A DNA stretch of 64,000 bases, taken from assembly GCA_021325515.1 (NCBI GenBank), contig JAJPHC010000001.1:68248-132247 (forward strand), given 5' to 3'. Positions 1 to 9,016 of this stretch are shown piece by piece. The position numbers and the translations under genes are program-made. This DNA comes from Acidobacteriota bacterium (GTDB lineage: Bacteria; Acidobacteriota; Thermoanaerobaculia; Gp7-AA8). Position 1 is the stretch's first letter. Every line of letters starts with the position of its first letter. Under the pieces are notes generated by a model that did no database searches, was not told the origin of the DNA, and saw only the letters and a program-made list of their open reading frames with translations.

Positions 1-306
1 TCGATCCGGATCGTCAACGAGCGCGGCGAGTGCTGCGGCGCCTTCGTCGCCGTTGGTCTGCGTGCAGATGCGGCCGAGGGCGAGAGCCATTCGCTGGCGA
101 TGAAGGGCGTTCGGATTCGTGAGCCAGTCATGCGCGACGCTCGCATCGTATTCGCGCCTGTCCTCGAGGCGGAGCACCGACGCCTCCTCCTCGATCGTCA
201 TCCCGTGGACTGCAGGTTCAGAGGGCGCAGGCTCAACCTTCGGAGCCGGTGGAGTGGCTGTCGTACACGCCGCGGCGAGGAGAATGAGAAGGCCGAACTT
301 GCGCAT
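1..306 (-). CDS. putative lipoprotein, N-terminal part (runs off window start); visible tail looks HEAT-repeat-like
   Basis: Reverse complement of 306..1 starts with ATG and reads MRKFGLLILLAAACTTATPPAPKVEPAPSEP... This is a signal peptide with lipobox LAAAC. The frame stays open to the window edge, so it is absent from the ORF track. The product guess is weak. Confidence 0.45.
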   Translation of the reverse strand, partial: MRKFGLLILLAAACTTATPPAPKVEPAPSEPAVHGMTIEEEASVLRLEDRREYDASVAHDWLTNPNALHRQRMALALGRICTQTNGDEGAAALAALVDDPDR

Positions 307-406
307 GGCGATGCATCATAGCCGGACGGATTGTGACGAAGAGCACACAGCCCTGTGTGCGGTGACGCTTGTCACGATCCGATCTTCAGCTGAAACTTCG
401 CGTTGC

Positions 407-1078
407 ATGCAGGATACCTTCGCAGTCGATGCACAAAATCTCGCCCGCCGGTACGGCCGCCGGTGGGCTCTGGCGGATGTTTCCCTGCAGGTTTCCCAGG
501 GGAGCGTCGTCATGGTGGCAGGGCGGAATGGCTCCGGTAAGTCCACGCTGTTTCGGATTCTCTCCACGGCGATCCGGCCGGATCACGGTTCGGCTCGCAT
601 TCTCGGCTTTGATCTCGTCCGCGAGCGCTACGACGTCCGTCGCGATGTCGCGCTGCTGAGTCACTACTCGTATCTCTACGAAACGCTGACGGCGGAGGAA
701 AATCTGCGCGTTGCGGCCGAGCATCGCGGGCTCAGCACCAGCGGTCTGCGGCAACTGCTCGAGCGCGTGCGGCTCGGGCAGCGCTCGAACGATCCGGTGA
801 ACACGTTCTCCGCGGGGATGCGAAAGCGGCTATCGTTCGCGCGCATCCTGCTGCAGCAGCCACGCGTGGTTCTGCTCGACGAGCCTTACGGACAGTTGGA
901 TCCCGAAGGCTTCGCACTCGTGGACGAAGTCGTGAACGAACTGAAATCCAACGGAGTGACGGTGCTCGTGGCGACGCATCAACTGGAGCGGGGAGGGCGG
1001 ATTGCGACAGATGCGATCGCGCTCGAACAGGGACGTGTGATCTTTCGCGGTCCGGCGAAGGAGTGCCCGTCATGCTGA
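407..1078 (+). CDS. ccmA: heme exporter ATP-binding protein CcmA
   Basis: ORF 119..1078 trimmed to ATG 407 (MQDTFAVDAQNLARRYG). Walker A GRNGSGKST, signature FSAGMRKRL, Walker B VVLLDEP. First gene of a ccmABCDEFGHI run. Confidence 0.85.
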   Translation: MQDTFAVDAQNLARRYGRRWALADVSLQVSQGSVVMVAGRNGSGKSTLFRILSTAIRPDHGSARILGFDLVRERYDVRRDVALLSHYSYLYETLTAEENLRVAAEHRGLSTSGLRQLLERVRLGQRSNDPVNTFSAGMRKRLSFARILLQQPRVVLLDEPYGQLDPEGFALVDEVVNELKSNGVTVLVATHQLERGGRIATDAIALEQGRVIFRGPAKECPSC

Positions 1079-1086
1079 TCAACGGT

Positions 1087-1207
1087 CATCCTGAGCGCAG
1101 CGAAGGATCAACCACAGCGCCGCGCCAAACGGTATTACTGCGCATTCTTCGGCTCGCGGCGCGTCCCCTTGCGGCGCCCTGGTCGATGCTTCGCTGCGCT
1201 CAGCATG
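1087..1207. repeat. REP/MITE-like hairpin element, copy A (CATCCTGAGCGnAGCGAAGGATC ... GATGCTTCGCTGCGCTCAGCATG)
   Basis: 121-bp element with ~25-nt terminal inverted repeats. It fills the ccmA-ccmB intergenic gap. The same family occurs at 11500-11734, 52995-53384 and 55595-55675. Confidence 0.85.
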
Positions 1208-1223
1208 GATTGGGGGGTGCTGC

Positions 1224-1883
1224 ATGCTGATCGCGGCACTCCGCAAGGAATTACTTCTGCAGTGGCGCTCGCGCACGCAGATCATGGCGGTGTTCGTCTT
1301 CGGTGCGACATCGCTCCTGCTGTTCAGCTTTGCGGTCGGCCCGAACTCCGAGGCGCTGCGTCTCTACTCGTCCGGATTCCTCTGGCTCGGACTCCTGCTC
1401 AGCTCGACGCTCACGCTCGCGGAAAGCTACGCGGCCGAGATGGAGAATCGCGCGTTGGAAGGGCTGCTGCTCCTTCCCTCCGATCCCCGCGCGTTGTACT
1501 ACGGCAAAGCGATCGCGAACTGGCTGCAGCTCTCGATGCTCGGAATCGCGCTCGTGCCCGTCATGGTCGTCCTCTATGACGCAGGCACGACCGATCTCCT
1601 CCGGCTGTTCGCCATCATTCTTCTTGGTGCTGCCGGTCTCTCGGCGCCGGGGACCATGTATGCCGCGATGACTTCTCAGGCGCGTGCGAAACAGACTCTC
1701 CTCCCTTTGCTGTTGTTTCCTCTGATCGTTCCGGCTCTCCTTGCATCCGTGAAGGCTACGTCCCTCGTGATCCTGGGAGATCCCATGAGGCAGTTGACGC
1801 CGTGGATCAGTTTGCTTGCGGCGTTCGATGCGATTTACTGGTCGTTGTGCGGACTCCTTTACAGCCGCGTTGTGGAAGATTGA
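1224..1883 (+). CDS. ccmB: heme exporter permease CcmB
   Basis: 219-aa polytopic membrane ORF between ccmA and ccmC. The stop TGA (1881-1883) abuts the ccmC ATG at 1885. Confidence 0.8.
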   Translation: MLIAALRKELLLQWRSRTQIMAVFVFGATSLLLFSFAVGPNSEALRLYSSGFLWLGLLLSSTLTLAESYAAEMENRALEGLLLLPSDPRALYYGKAIANWLQLSMLGIALVPVMVVLYDAGTTDLLRLFAIILLGAAGLSAPGTMYAAMTSQARAKQTLLPLLLFPLIVPALLASVKATSLVILGDPMRQLTPWISLLAAFDAIYWSLCGLLYSRVVED

Positions 1884-1884
1884 T

Positions 1885-2760
1885 ATGAAAACAGGGCCTG
1901 CAGCCATTCTCCTCGCCATCGGCGCGTACTTCGGCTTCGTCGTTGCCGTCGCGCAGTTTCACGGTGTGAGCGCGCTTGCGCTCGGTCTTCCTTCGGGTGC
2001 GATCGCGACGCTTGCCGCGGGCTGCGGCGTTGCGGGCGCGATCTGGTTCCTGTTCGCGAATGACCAGGCCGATTCGTCCGCGCCCTGGCAGGTCATGGCC
2101 GGCCTCGGCGTGCTCTGCCTCGCGTTCGGCTCGTACTACGGACTCTTCGTCGCGCCGCCCGAGCAGTACATGGGCGAAGTGCAGCGCATCATGTATGTGC
2201 ATGTGCCGACAGCGTGGAACGCACTGCTGGCGATGACGCTCGCGTTCGCCTGCGCCGTCATCTTCCTCTTCAAGCCCGACTACAAGTGGGACTCGCGCAT
2301 GGAAGGCGCGATCGAAGTCGGCGTCGTCCTCGCGTTTCTTCTCTGTTGCCAGGGCGCGATCTGGGCGAAGCCGACGTGGGGCGTCTGGTGGGATTGGGAT
2401 CCGCGTCTGACGACGACGGCCGTTCTCCTCTTCGCATTCCTCGGTATCCTCGCGTTGCGCCGCTTCGTCGAAGATCCGGCGCGGCGTGCGATCTGGTCGT
2501 CGGTTGCGACGATCATCGCGTACGTCGACGTCCCGATCGTCTATTTCTCCGTCCGCTGGTGGAACTCGCTGCATCAGCAGCAGTCTAATCCGGGGACGGT
2601 GTCGAAGCAGTTCTGGCTGCCGCTGCGACTCAACGCGTTCGGCATTCTCTTTCTGATGGTCGCGTTCATCATGATCCGGGCGCAGCTCGCGACGCTGCGC
2701 CGCAAGCAGGAAATGGCTCCGCCTCTTCCAGAGGTCGCCGAGCTCGGGGAGGCCGTATGA
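1885..2760 (+). CDS. ccmC: heme exporter / heme-handling protein CcmC
   Basis: ORF 1816..2760 trimmed to ATG 1885 (MKTGPAAILLAIG). Trp-rich WWD motif WGVWWDWDPRLT. Confidence 0.9.
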   Translation: MKTGPAAILLAIGAYFGFVVAVAQFHGVSALALGLPSGAIATLAAGCGVAGAIWFLFANDQADSSAPWQVMAGLGVLCLAFGSYYGLFVAPPEQYMGEVQRIMYVHVPTAWNALLAMTLAFACAVIFLFKPDYKWDSRMEGAIEVGVVLAFLLCCQGAIWAKPTWGVWWDWDPRLTTTAVLLFAFLGILALRRFVEDPARRAIWSSVATIIAYVDVPIVYFSVRWWNSLHQQQSNPGTVSKQFWLPLRLNAFGILFLMVAFIMIRAQLATLRRKQEMAPPLPEVAELGEAV

Positions 2761-2906
2761 GCGGAGGAGTCGTCACCGGCGGATGGAACTTCGTCATCGC
2801 CGCGTATACCGTCACCTTTTCAGTGCTTTTCATCTACGGAGTGAGCATCGTCACGAGACTTCGTGAGGAGCGCTCCCGCGAGAAGGAAGAGGCGAACCCA
2901 CAATGA
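2757..2906 (+). CDS. ccmD: heme exporter protein CcmD (49 aa, below ORF-track cutoff)
   Basis: ATG 2757 overlaps the ccmC stop (ATGA). Translation is MSGGVVTGGWNFVIAAYTVTFSVLFIYGVSIVTRLREERSREKEEANPQ: a single TM followed by a charged tail. Its TGA overlaps the ccmE ATG. This is the canonical position for ccmD. Confidence 0.7.
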   Translation: MSGGVVTGGWNFVIAAYTVTFSVLFIYGVSIVTRLREERSREKEEANPQ

Positions 2907-3391
2907 GCTCTGTGATGAACCAGACATCTGCAAGTGACGTGATGAGACGCCGCTCGCGCCTCTTCATGATCGGCGCCTTCGTCGTCGCCGCGGTCGCATT
3001 CGTGATCATCGCCGCCGGCGGCATCAACAAGAACCTCGTTTACTACTGGACTCCCACCGATCTGCACGCTGCAGGCGACAAGGCCTACGGCGCGACGATC
3101 CGCCTCGGCGGCATGGTCGCACCCGGATCGATCAAGCGCGGCGGCAGCATCACCGGCGTCGAATTCGACGTGAAGGATGCGGGCGGCGAAGTCCATGTGA
3201 AGTCCGCCGGCGTGCCGCCGCAGATGTTCCGCGAAAACATCGGCGTCGTCGTCGAAGGGACGATGGACCGCGGCGGCTACTTCCGCTGCAACCGGTTGAT
3301 GGTCTCGCACAACAACGAATACCGCGCGCCGAAGAACGGCCATCCCGTCGACAAGAAACAGATGGAGAAGTACATCAAGGACGCACAATGA
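2903..3391 (+). CDS. ccmE: cytochrome c-type biogenesis heme chaperone CcmE
   Basis: N-terminal TM anchor, OB-like body, and the C-terminal heme-binding His context LMVSHNNEYRAP (HxxxY). Confidence 0.9.
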   Translation: MSSVMNQTSASDVMRRRSRLFMIGAFVVAAVAFVIIAAGGINKNLVYYWTPTDLHAAGDKAYGATIRLGGMVAPGSIKRGGSITGVEFDVKDAGGEVHVKSAGVPPQMFRENIGVVVEGTMDRGGYFRCNRLMVSHNNEYRAPKNGHPVDKKQMEKYIKDAQ

Positions 3392-5388
3392 CCGCCAGCC
3401 TCGGACGCTCTCTCATTCTTCTCTCGCTCCTCGTCTCCACCACCGGCACCGTGCTCGGCTATGCCGCCGGGTGGAAGCGGTCAACCGACGGACTGCGCTG
3501 GGCGCGGCGATTCGCATTTCTCTTCTCGTTTCTGATGATCGGCGCAACGCTGGTCATGGAGTACGCGCTCATCACGCACGACTTCAGCGTCAGCTACGTC
3601 GAGCATGTCGGCTCACGGCAGGTACCGCTGTGGGTGACGATGGTCAGCCTCTGGTCCTCTCTCGAAGGATCGATTCTCTTCTGGGGCTGCATCCTCGGCG
3701 TCTACATCGCGGCGGCGACATGGCTCACGCGCAACGAGCACGTCGAGTACATGGCGTACTCGATCGGCACGTGGCTCTTCTCCGGCGCGTTCTTCAGCTA
3801 TCTGATCGCGGCGCCTGCATCGCCGTTCGGCACGGTTGCGAATCCACCGCTCGATGGGCCAGGACCGAATCCGCTTCTTCAGAATCACGTGCTGATGGCG
3901 GTGCATCCGCCGTTCCTCTATCTCGGGTATGTCGGCATGACGATCCCGTTCGGCTTCGCGACCGCGGCGCTGATGCGCGGCCGTCTCGGCCAGGCGTTCC
4001 TCCGCCCGCTGCGTGCGTCGCTGCTGCTGCCTTGGGTGTTCCTGACGATCGCCATCATGCTCGGCGGCTGGTGGGCATATGAAGTCCTCGGCTGGGGCGG
4101 CTACTGGGCTTGGGATCCCGTCGAGAATGCCTCGCTGCTTCCGTGGCTCACCGCGACCGCCGCGCTGCACTCCGCGCTCGTCATGGAGCGCCGCGGTTCG
4201 CTGAAGGGCTGGACCGTCACGCTCGTGCAATCGAGTTTTCTCCTGACCATTCTCGGCACCTTCATGACGCGCTCCGGCGTGTTCAACTCGGTGCACTCGT
4301 TCACGCAGAGCCCGATCGGTCCGACGATTCTCGTTTTCCTCGCGCTCGTGCTGATCGGCTCGGTGACGCTGCTCGCGCTGCGCATCGATTCGCTCGAATC
4401 GGATTCGCGCTTCGATGGTCCGGTGAGCCGCGAGGGCGTGTTCCTCGTGAACAACCTCCTGTTCGTGCTCTTCACCTTCACGGTGCTGATTGGAACGGTG
4501 TTCCCGCTCGTGGTCGAAGCGGTAAAGGGCCGGCAGATGAGCGTCGGCCGCCCGTACTTCGACTCGATGGTCGTTCCCATCGGGACCGCGCTGCTCTTCA
4601 TCCTCGGCGTTGGTCCTGCGCTGCCGTGGGGTGCCGCAACGCGTGAGCAGGCGAAGCGCGCGCTGCTGCCGCCGCTGATCGGCGCCGCGATCGTCGCCGC
4701 ACTCGGCCTCGCATTCGGTGTGCGCAATCCGTGGACGATCGTCACGCTGGCGTTCGGTGGCTACGCCGCGCAGGTGACGATGAAAGAGATGTGGCTGCCG
4801 GTCATCCAGCGCATCCGCCGCGGCGATGCCGTCGCCGGCGCGATCGTCGATTCGCAACTCAGGCGCGGCCGCCGCCGCTTCGGCTCGTATCTCGTGCATG
4901 CCGGCGCGGTGATCGTCATCGTCGCGATCGGCGTGTCGAGCACGATGCGCACGCAGCAGGAAGTCCGTCTGCGCAGAGGCGAGAGCGCGACCGTCAATGG
5001 AATTACGCTGACGTTTACCGGAACGGAAGAGAAGAGCGAGCCGCATCGCACCTCCACGCTCGCGCATTTCGATATCTCGAAGAACGGGAAGCAGATCACT
5101 TCGCTCGCGCCCCGGATGAACTCGTACCAGATGATGCGCGATCCGATCGGAACGCCTGATGTCTACACGACGGTCAAGGGCGACATCTACCTCTCGATCC
5201 TCAACATCGAAGGGGACTCGGTCGGTGTGAACGTGATCCTGACGCCGATGGTGGGCTGGATCTGGTGGGCCGTGCTGCTGATGGGCGCCGGCGGGATCAT
5301 CGCTCTCATCCCGAATCGCGCGGCGCGAGTGATCGTGCCGCAAACGCAGGAGTCGCCGATCGGCGCGAATGAGGTCGCTGCGCAATGA
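3388..5388 (+). CDS. ccmF: cytochrome c heme lyase subunit CcmF
   Basis: 666-aa polytopic protein with WWD motif GWGGYWAWDPVENASLLPWL. Start overlaps the ccmE stop. Confidence 0.92.
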   Translation: MTASLGRSLILLSLLVSTTGTVLGYAAGWKRSTDGLRWARRFAFLFSFLMIGATLVMEYALITHDFSVSYVEHVGSRQVPLWVTMVSLWSSLEGSILFWGCILGVYIAAATWLTRNEHVEYMAYSIGTWLFSGAFFSYLIAAPASPFGTVANPPLDGPGPNPLLQNHVLMAVHPPFLYLGYVGMTIPFGFATAALMRGRLGQAFLRPLRASLLLPWVFLTIAIMLGGWWAYEVLGWGGYWAWDPVENASLLPWLTATAALHSALVMERRGSLKGWTVTLVQSSFLLTILGTFMTRSGVFNSVHSFTQSPIGPTILVFLALVLIGSVTLLALRIDSLESDSRFDGPVSREGVFLVNNLLFVLFTFTVLIGTVFPLVVEAVKGRQMSVGRPYFDSMVVPIGTALLFILGVGPALPWGAATREQAKRALLPPLIGAAIVAALGLAFGVRNPWTIVTLAFGGYAAQVTMKEMWLPVIQRIRRGDAVAGAIVDSQLRRGRRRFGSYLVHAGAVIVIVAIGVSSTMRTQQEVRLRRGESATVNGITLTFTGTEEKSEPHRTSTLAHFDISKNGKQITSLAPRMNSYQMMRDPIGTPDVYTTVKGDIYLSILNIEGDSVGVNVILTPMVGWIWWAVLLMGAGGIIALIPNRAARVIVPQTQESPIGANEVAAQ

Positions 5389-5909
5389 GAAGGACCGAGA
5401 TTCTCATCGCGGGCGCGGTCATCACCGCCGCCCTGGTCTGGATCCTGTCTGCCGGCCTGGGGAAGGACCCGCAGCACATCGATTCGCCGCTGATCGGGAA
5501 ACCTGCGCCTGACTTCGCGCTGAAGCAGGTCGGCACGGGTGACACCGTCGGCCTCGCGCAGTTCCGCGGCAAGCCGGTGGTCGTCAATTTCTGGGCGACG
5601 TGGTGCCGTCCCTGCTACGAAGAGCATCCGGTTCTCGTGGCCAACGCCGAGATGATGAAGAATCAGGTCCAGTTCGTCGGCGTGGTGTTTCAGGACAAGG
5701 AAGAGAAGATCCAGCAGTTCCTCAACGAGCGCGGCTCCGCCTATCCGACACTCGTGGACGTCGGCGGCAAGACCGCGATCGCCTACGGCGTCGGCGGTGT
5801 GCCCGAGACGTTCTTCCTGAATCGCGACGGGAAAGTCGTGGCGAAGTTCGAGGGTCCGATCGATCCCGAGGCGCTGCAGCAGAATGTTAGAAAGGCGATG
5901 GCCCAATGA
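5385..5909 (+). CDS. ccmG: thiol:disulfide oxidoreductase CcmG/DsbE
   Basis: N-terminal TM anchor and thioredoxin fold with WATWCRPC active site. Confidence 0.9.
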   Translation: MRRTEILIAGAVITAALVWILSAGLGKDPQHIDSPLIGKPAPDFALKQVGTGDTVGLAQFRGKPVVVNFWATWCRPCYEEHPVLVANAEMMKNQVQFVGVVFQDKEEKIQQFLNERGSAYPTLVDVGGKTAIAYGVGGVPETFFLNRDGKVVAKFEGPIDPEALQQNVRKAMAQ

Positions 5910-6427
5910 AGATCGCGCGGTTCATCGCAGCATTCCTCTTCGCCACTTCGCTTCTCGCGCAGGAAGTGAAGGTCCCGGATGCCGAGCAGTTCGTCGGCAG
6001 GCCGGAAGGACAGCCGGTCAGCGGCGCGATGCTCGATCAGAAAACGAACGAGACCGCCGGCATGCTGCGCTGTCCTGTGTGCCAGGGCATGTCGGTCGCC
6101 GACTCTCCCTCCGAGATGGCGGTCAACATGAAGCACCAGGTGCGCGAGCTCATCGCGCGCGGCTACACGCAGGATCAGATCCTCCGCTACTTCGAGCGGT
6201 CGTACGGCCAGTTCGTGCTGTTGAAACCGAAGTTCCAGGGCGTGAACACGCTCGTCTGGATTCTTCCGATCCTCGCGCTGATCGTCGGCATCATCGCGAT
6301 CTTCTCCATGATGGGAAAGCGTGCGGGTGGTCAACCTGTTGACGATGCTCCGCCGGCAGAAGGCGCAGAAGGCAGCGACGATCCCTACCTCGCCGAAGTA
6401 AGAAAGCTGACTGGAAAACAATCATGA
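5906..6427 (+). CDS. ccmH: cytochrome c biogenesis protein CcmH
   Basis: Signal peptide, LRCPVCQGMSVADS (CxxC) motif and a C-terminal TM. Confidence 0.88.
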   Translation: MKIARFIAAFLFATSLLAQEVKVPDAEQFVGRPEGQPVSGAMLDQKTNETAGMLRCPVCQGMSVADSPSEMAVNMKHQVRELIARGYTQDQILRYFERSYGQFVLLKPKFQGVNTLVWILPILALIVGIIAIFSMMGKRAGGQPVDDAPPAEGAEGSDDPYLAEVRKLTGKQS

Positions 6428-7743
6428 CCGGTTCGACTGACTGGCTGAGTGCAACCGCGATGCTCCTCTCCGGGATCATCGTCGGGTTGATGTTCATGTA
6501 CGCCTCGATGCGGCGGAAGCAGCAGGCCGCGGCTCAGGGCGGGTCCGATGAGCTCGAGGTCCGCGATCTCATCGCGCGCCGCGATGCGCTGATCCAGCAG
6601 TTGCGCGATCTCGAAGACGTGCCCGCCAACGGCACCGAGCGCACGCGCCTCGAGCGCGAAGCCGCGCAGGTGCTGCGTGCGCTCGACGGCAAGAAGCCCG
6701 GCGCCGCGAGGCCGGGAGTATCCGCCGTTGCCATCCAGGCGCCCGCCGCAGCTCCGGCCGGGATGAATCCGGCGGTCAAGGGATTCGTATGGGGCGTTGC
6801 CTCCGTCGCCGCTCTCGGATTCCTCGGCTACTTCGTCTGGTCCTCATCGACGGACAAGAATGCCCAGCCGATGCAGGGAGGGATGCAGCCGCAACCGCAG
6901 GCGCAGATGCAGGGACAGGCGCAGGCACCGCAGGCGGATCCGGCCGTGCAGCAGCTCGAAGCCGCAGTCGCGAGCTCACCCGAGGACGTGAACGCCCGCA
7001 TCAATCTCGCGAAGGCCTATCTGGAAAAAGAAAACATGATGGGCGTCTTCGAACAGACGCAGGCCGTGCTCGCGAAATCGCCCGGCGATCCGCGCGCGCT
7101 GACCTATCAGGCGCTCGTGCGCATGGCGATGGGACAGACCGACATCGCAGGCAAGATGCTCGAGCAGGCGACGAAGACGGATCCTAAGTTCATCGATGCC
7201 TGGGTCGGCATGGCCTGGCTCAGTTTCCAGACCGGAAAGCCGGAAGCCGGCGAGAAGGCGATGAGCGAGGCGATGAAACAGCATCCGGAGGAAAAGGCTC
7301 GTCTCACCGAGATCCTCACGGAGATGAAGAATCAGAAGCCGGCCGCATTGCCGAAGAACCATCCGCAAGTCGGCGAGCCGCCGCCGGCCGCCGCCGCCTC
7401 CTCCGCACCAGCGACCGGCGACGCGATTCATCTGACCTTGAATCTCGACGCTGCCGCCGCCGCCCGCGTGCCGCAGCATCCCATCGTCTACATCATCGCG
7501 CGTCCCGCCGGCGTAACCTCCGGCGCGCCGATCGCCGTCAAGCGATTGCTCGCGGACGGATTCCCGATGCAGGTCGACTTCAGCTCCGCCGATTCGATGA
7601 TGGGGCAGCCGCTGCCGGCGAAGCTGCATCTCGAGGTGCGCGTCGACATCGACGGCGATGCCGCGACGAAGAGCCCTCAGGATCCCTCGGCCACGCTGGA
7701 CGGTGTGGCAACCGGGTCGAAGCTGACGCTGAACCTGAAGTAA
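6424..7743 (+). CDS. ccmI: CcmI/CycH-like TPR apocytochrome chaperone
   Basis: N-terminal TM segments and TPR repeats. The C-terminal block (PIVYIIARPAGVTSGAPIAVKRL..FPMQVDFSSADSMM) resembles the C-terminal part of E. coli CcmH / CcmI. Last gene of the ccm run. Confidence 0.72.
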   Translation: MTGSTDWLSATAMLLSGIIVGLMFMYASMRRKQQAAAQGGSDELEVRDLIARRDALIQQLRDLEDVPANGTERTRLEREAAQVLRALDGKKPGAARPGVSAVAIQAPAAAPAGMNPAVKGFVWGVASVAALGFLGYFVWSSSTDKNAQPMQGGMQPQPQAQMQGQAQAPQADPAVQQLEAAVASSPEDVNARINLAKAYLEKENMMGVFEQTQAVLAKSPGDPRALTYQALVRMAMGQTDIAGKMLEQATKTDPKFIDAWVGMAWLSFQTGKPEAGEKAMSEAMKQHPEEKARLTEILTEMKNQKPAALPKNHPQVGEPPPAAAASSAPATGDAIHLTLNLDAAAAARVPQHPIVYIIARPAGVTSGAPIAVKRLLADGFPMQVDFSSADSMMGQPLPAKLHLEVRVDIDGDAATKSPQDPSATLDGVATGSKLTLNLK

Positions 7744-7798
7744 ACGACTCGACGGGACCCGCGTTCACGCGCGGCGCTATACTCCATGGCTCACCGCC

Positions 7799-9016
7799 AT
7801 GACTGATCCCGCCGTTCTTTCCGCTCTGGAAGGTGCCGTCGCTGCTGCTCCCGACAACGACACGCTGCGGTTTCATCTCTTCGATCTGCTGCTCGGTGCG
7901 GGCAATCCGCAGCGCGCGCTCGAGCTCTGCACGGAGCTCCTCGCGAAGCGTCCCGATCATGTGATCGCGCTCGAGAAGGCCGCGTACGCGTGCGACATGA
8001 CCGGCGACCGCCAGCGCGCGGAGAGCTACCGCCATCTCGCGAATGCTCTCGCGCCGCGTCCCGCACCGGACACCAGCGAGGAGGCGAAGGTCGTGCCTCT
8101 TCGTGTGATTTCCGGCGGTGGAGAAGAGGAACGCGGCCGCTTCGAAGTCGAAGCGGCGGACACGCGTCTCGCGGACGTCGCCGGCATGGATGAAGTGAAG
8201 CGGCGACTCGATCTCGCGTTTCTCGCGCCGATGCGCAATCCGGAGATTCGCAGGATGTACGGCAAGTCTCTTCGCGGCGGCATGATGCTGTACGGCCCGC
8301 CGGGATGCGGCAAGACTTTCATTGCGCGTGCGACGGCGGGTGAGCTCGGCGCGCGATTCATGGCCATCGGCATTTCCGATGTTCTCGACATGTGGCTGGG
8401 CCAGAGCGAGCGCAATCTGCACGAGATCTTCGAGACCGCGCGGCGCAGCGCGCCGTGTGTCCTGTTCTTCGATGAGATCGATGCGCTCGGCCGCAAACGA
8501 AATCTGGTGCGGCAGTCGTCGGAGCGGAACGTCGTCAATCAACTGCTCGCCGAGCTCGACAGCGTCGGTGCGAACAATGAAGGGGTGTTCGTCCTCGCGG
8601 CGACGAATCATCCGTGGGATGTCGATGCGGCGCTGCGGCGGCCGGGACGCTTCGATCGTGTGTTGCTCGTTCTGCCTCCCGACAAGCCGGCGCGCGAAGC
8701 GATCGTCCGCCTTCATCTGCGCGAGCGTCCGGTGGGAGACATCGATGCCGCCTGGATCGCGTCGAAAACCGAGGACTTTTCGGGAGCCGATCTCGCACAT
8801 CTGTGTGAGTCTGCGGCGGAGCTCGCGATGGAGGAGAGTCTGAGCACGGGCAAGGCGCGCCCGATTCAGCAGGCCGATTTCAAGCGTGCACTGACTCAGG
8901 TGAAGTCGAGCACGCGCGCATGGTTCGACACGGCGCGCAACTACGCGCAGTTCGCGAACGAAGGCGGTGTGTACGATGATCTCCTGGCGTTCATGCGTAC
9001 GCGGCGGCTGCTGTGA
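7799..9016 (+). CDS. classic-clade AAA+ ATPase with an N-terminal ~85-aa TPR-like helical module (AAA1)
   Basis: Walker A GPPGCGKT, Walker B VLFFDEID, second region of homology ATNHPWDVDAALRRPGRFD. The N-terminus reads LRFHLFDLLLGAGNPQRALELCTELLAKRPDH (TPR-like). Confidence 0.85.
   Translation: MTDPAVLSALEGAVAAAPDNDTLRFHLFDLLLGAGNPQRALELCTELLAKRPDHVIALEKAAYACDMTGDRQRAESYRHLANALAPRPAPDTSEEAKVVPLRVISGGGEEERGRFEVEAADTRLADVAGMDEVKRRLDLAFLAPMRNPEIRRMYGKSLRGGMMLYGPPGCGKTFIARATAGELGARFMAIGISDVLDMWLGQSERNLHEIFETARRSAPCVLFFDEIDALGRKRNLVRQSSERNVVNQLLAELDSVGANNEGVFVLAATNHPWDVDAALRRPGRFDRVLLVLPPDKPAREAIVRLHLRERPVGDIDAAWIASKTEDFSGADLAHLCESAAELAMEESLSTGKARPIQQADFKRALTQVKSSTRAWFDTARNYAQFANEGGVYDDLLAFMRTRRLL

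Noticed and set aside
119-406. N-terminal 96-codon extension of the ccmA ORF
   Set aside because: It overlaps the divergent lipoprotein gene start (306, minus strand). The sequence is Ser/Arg-rich and unlike ABC ATPases. The ABC domain begins right after ATG 407.
3613-5385. 590-aa minus-strand ORF (and other long ORFs antisense to ccmF)
   Set aside because: Arg/Asp/His-rich low-complexity translation, typical of antisense frames in high-GC DNA. The plus-strand frame encodes an unmistakable CcmF.
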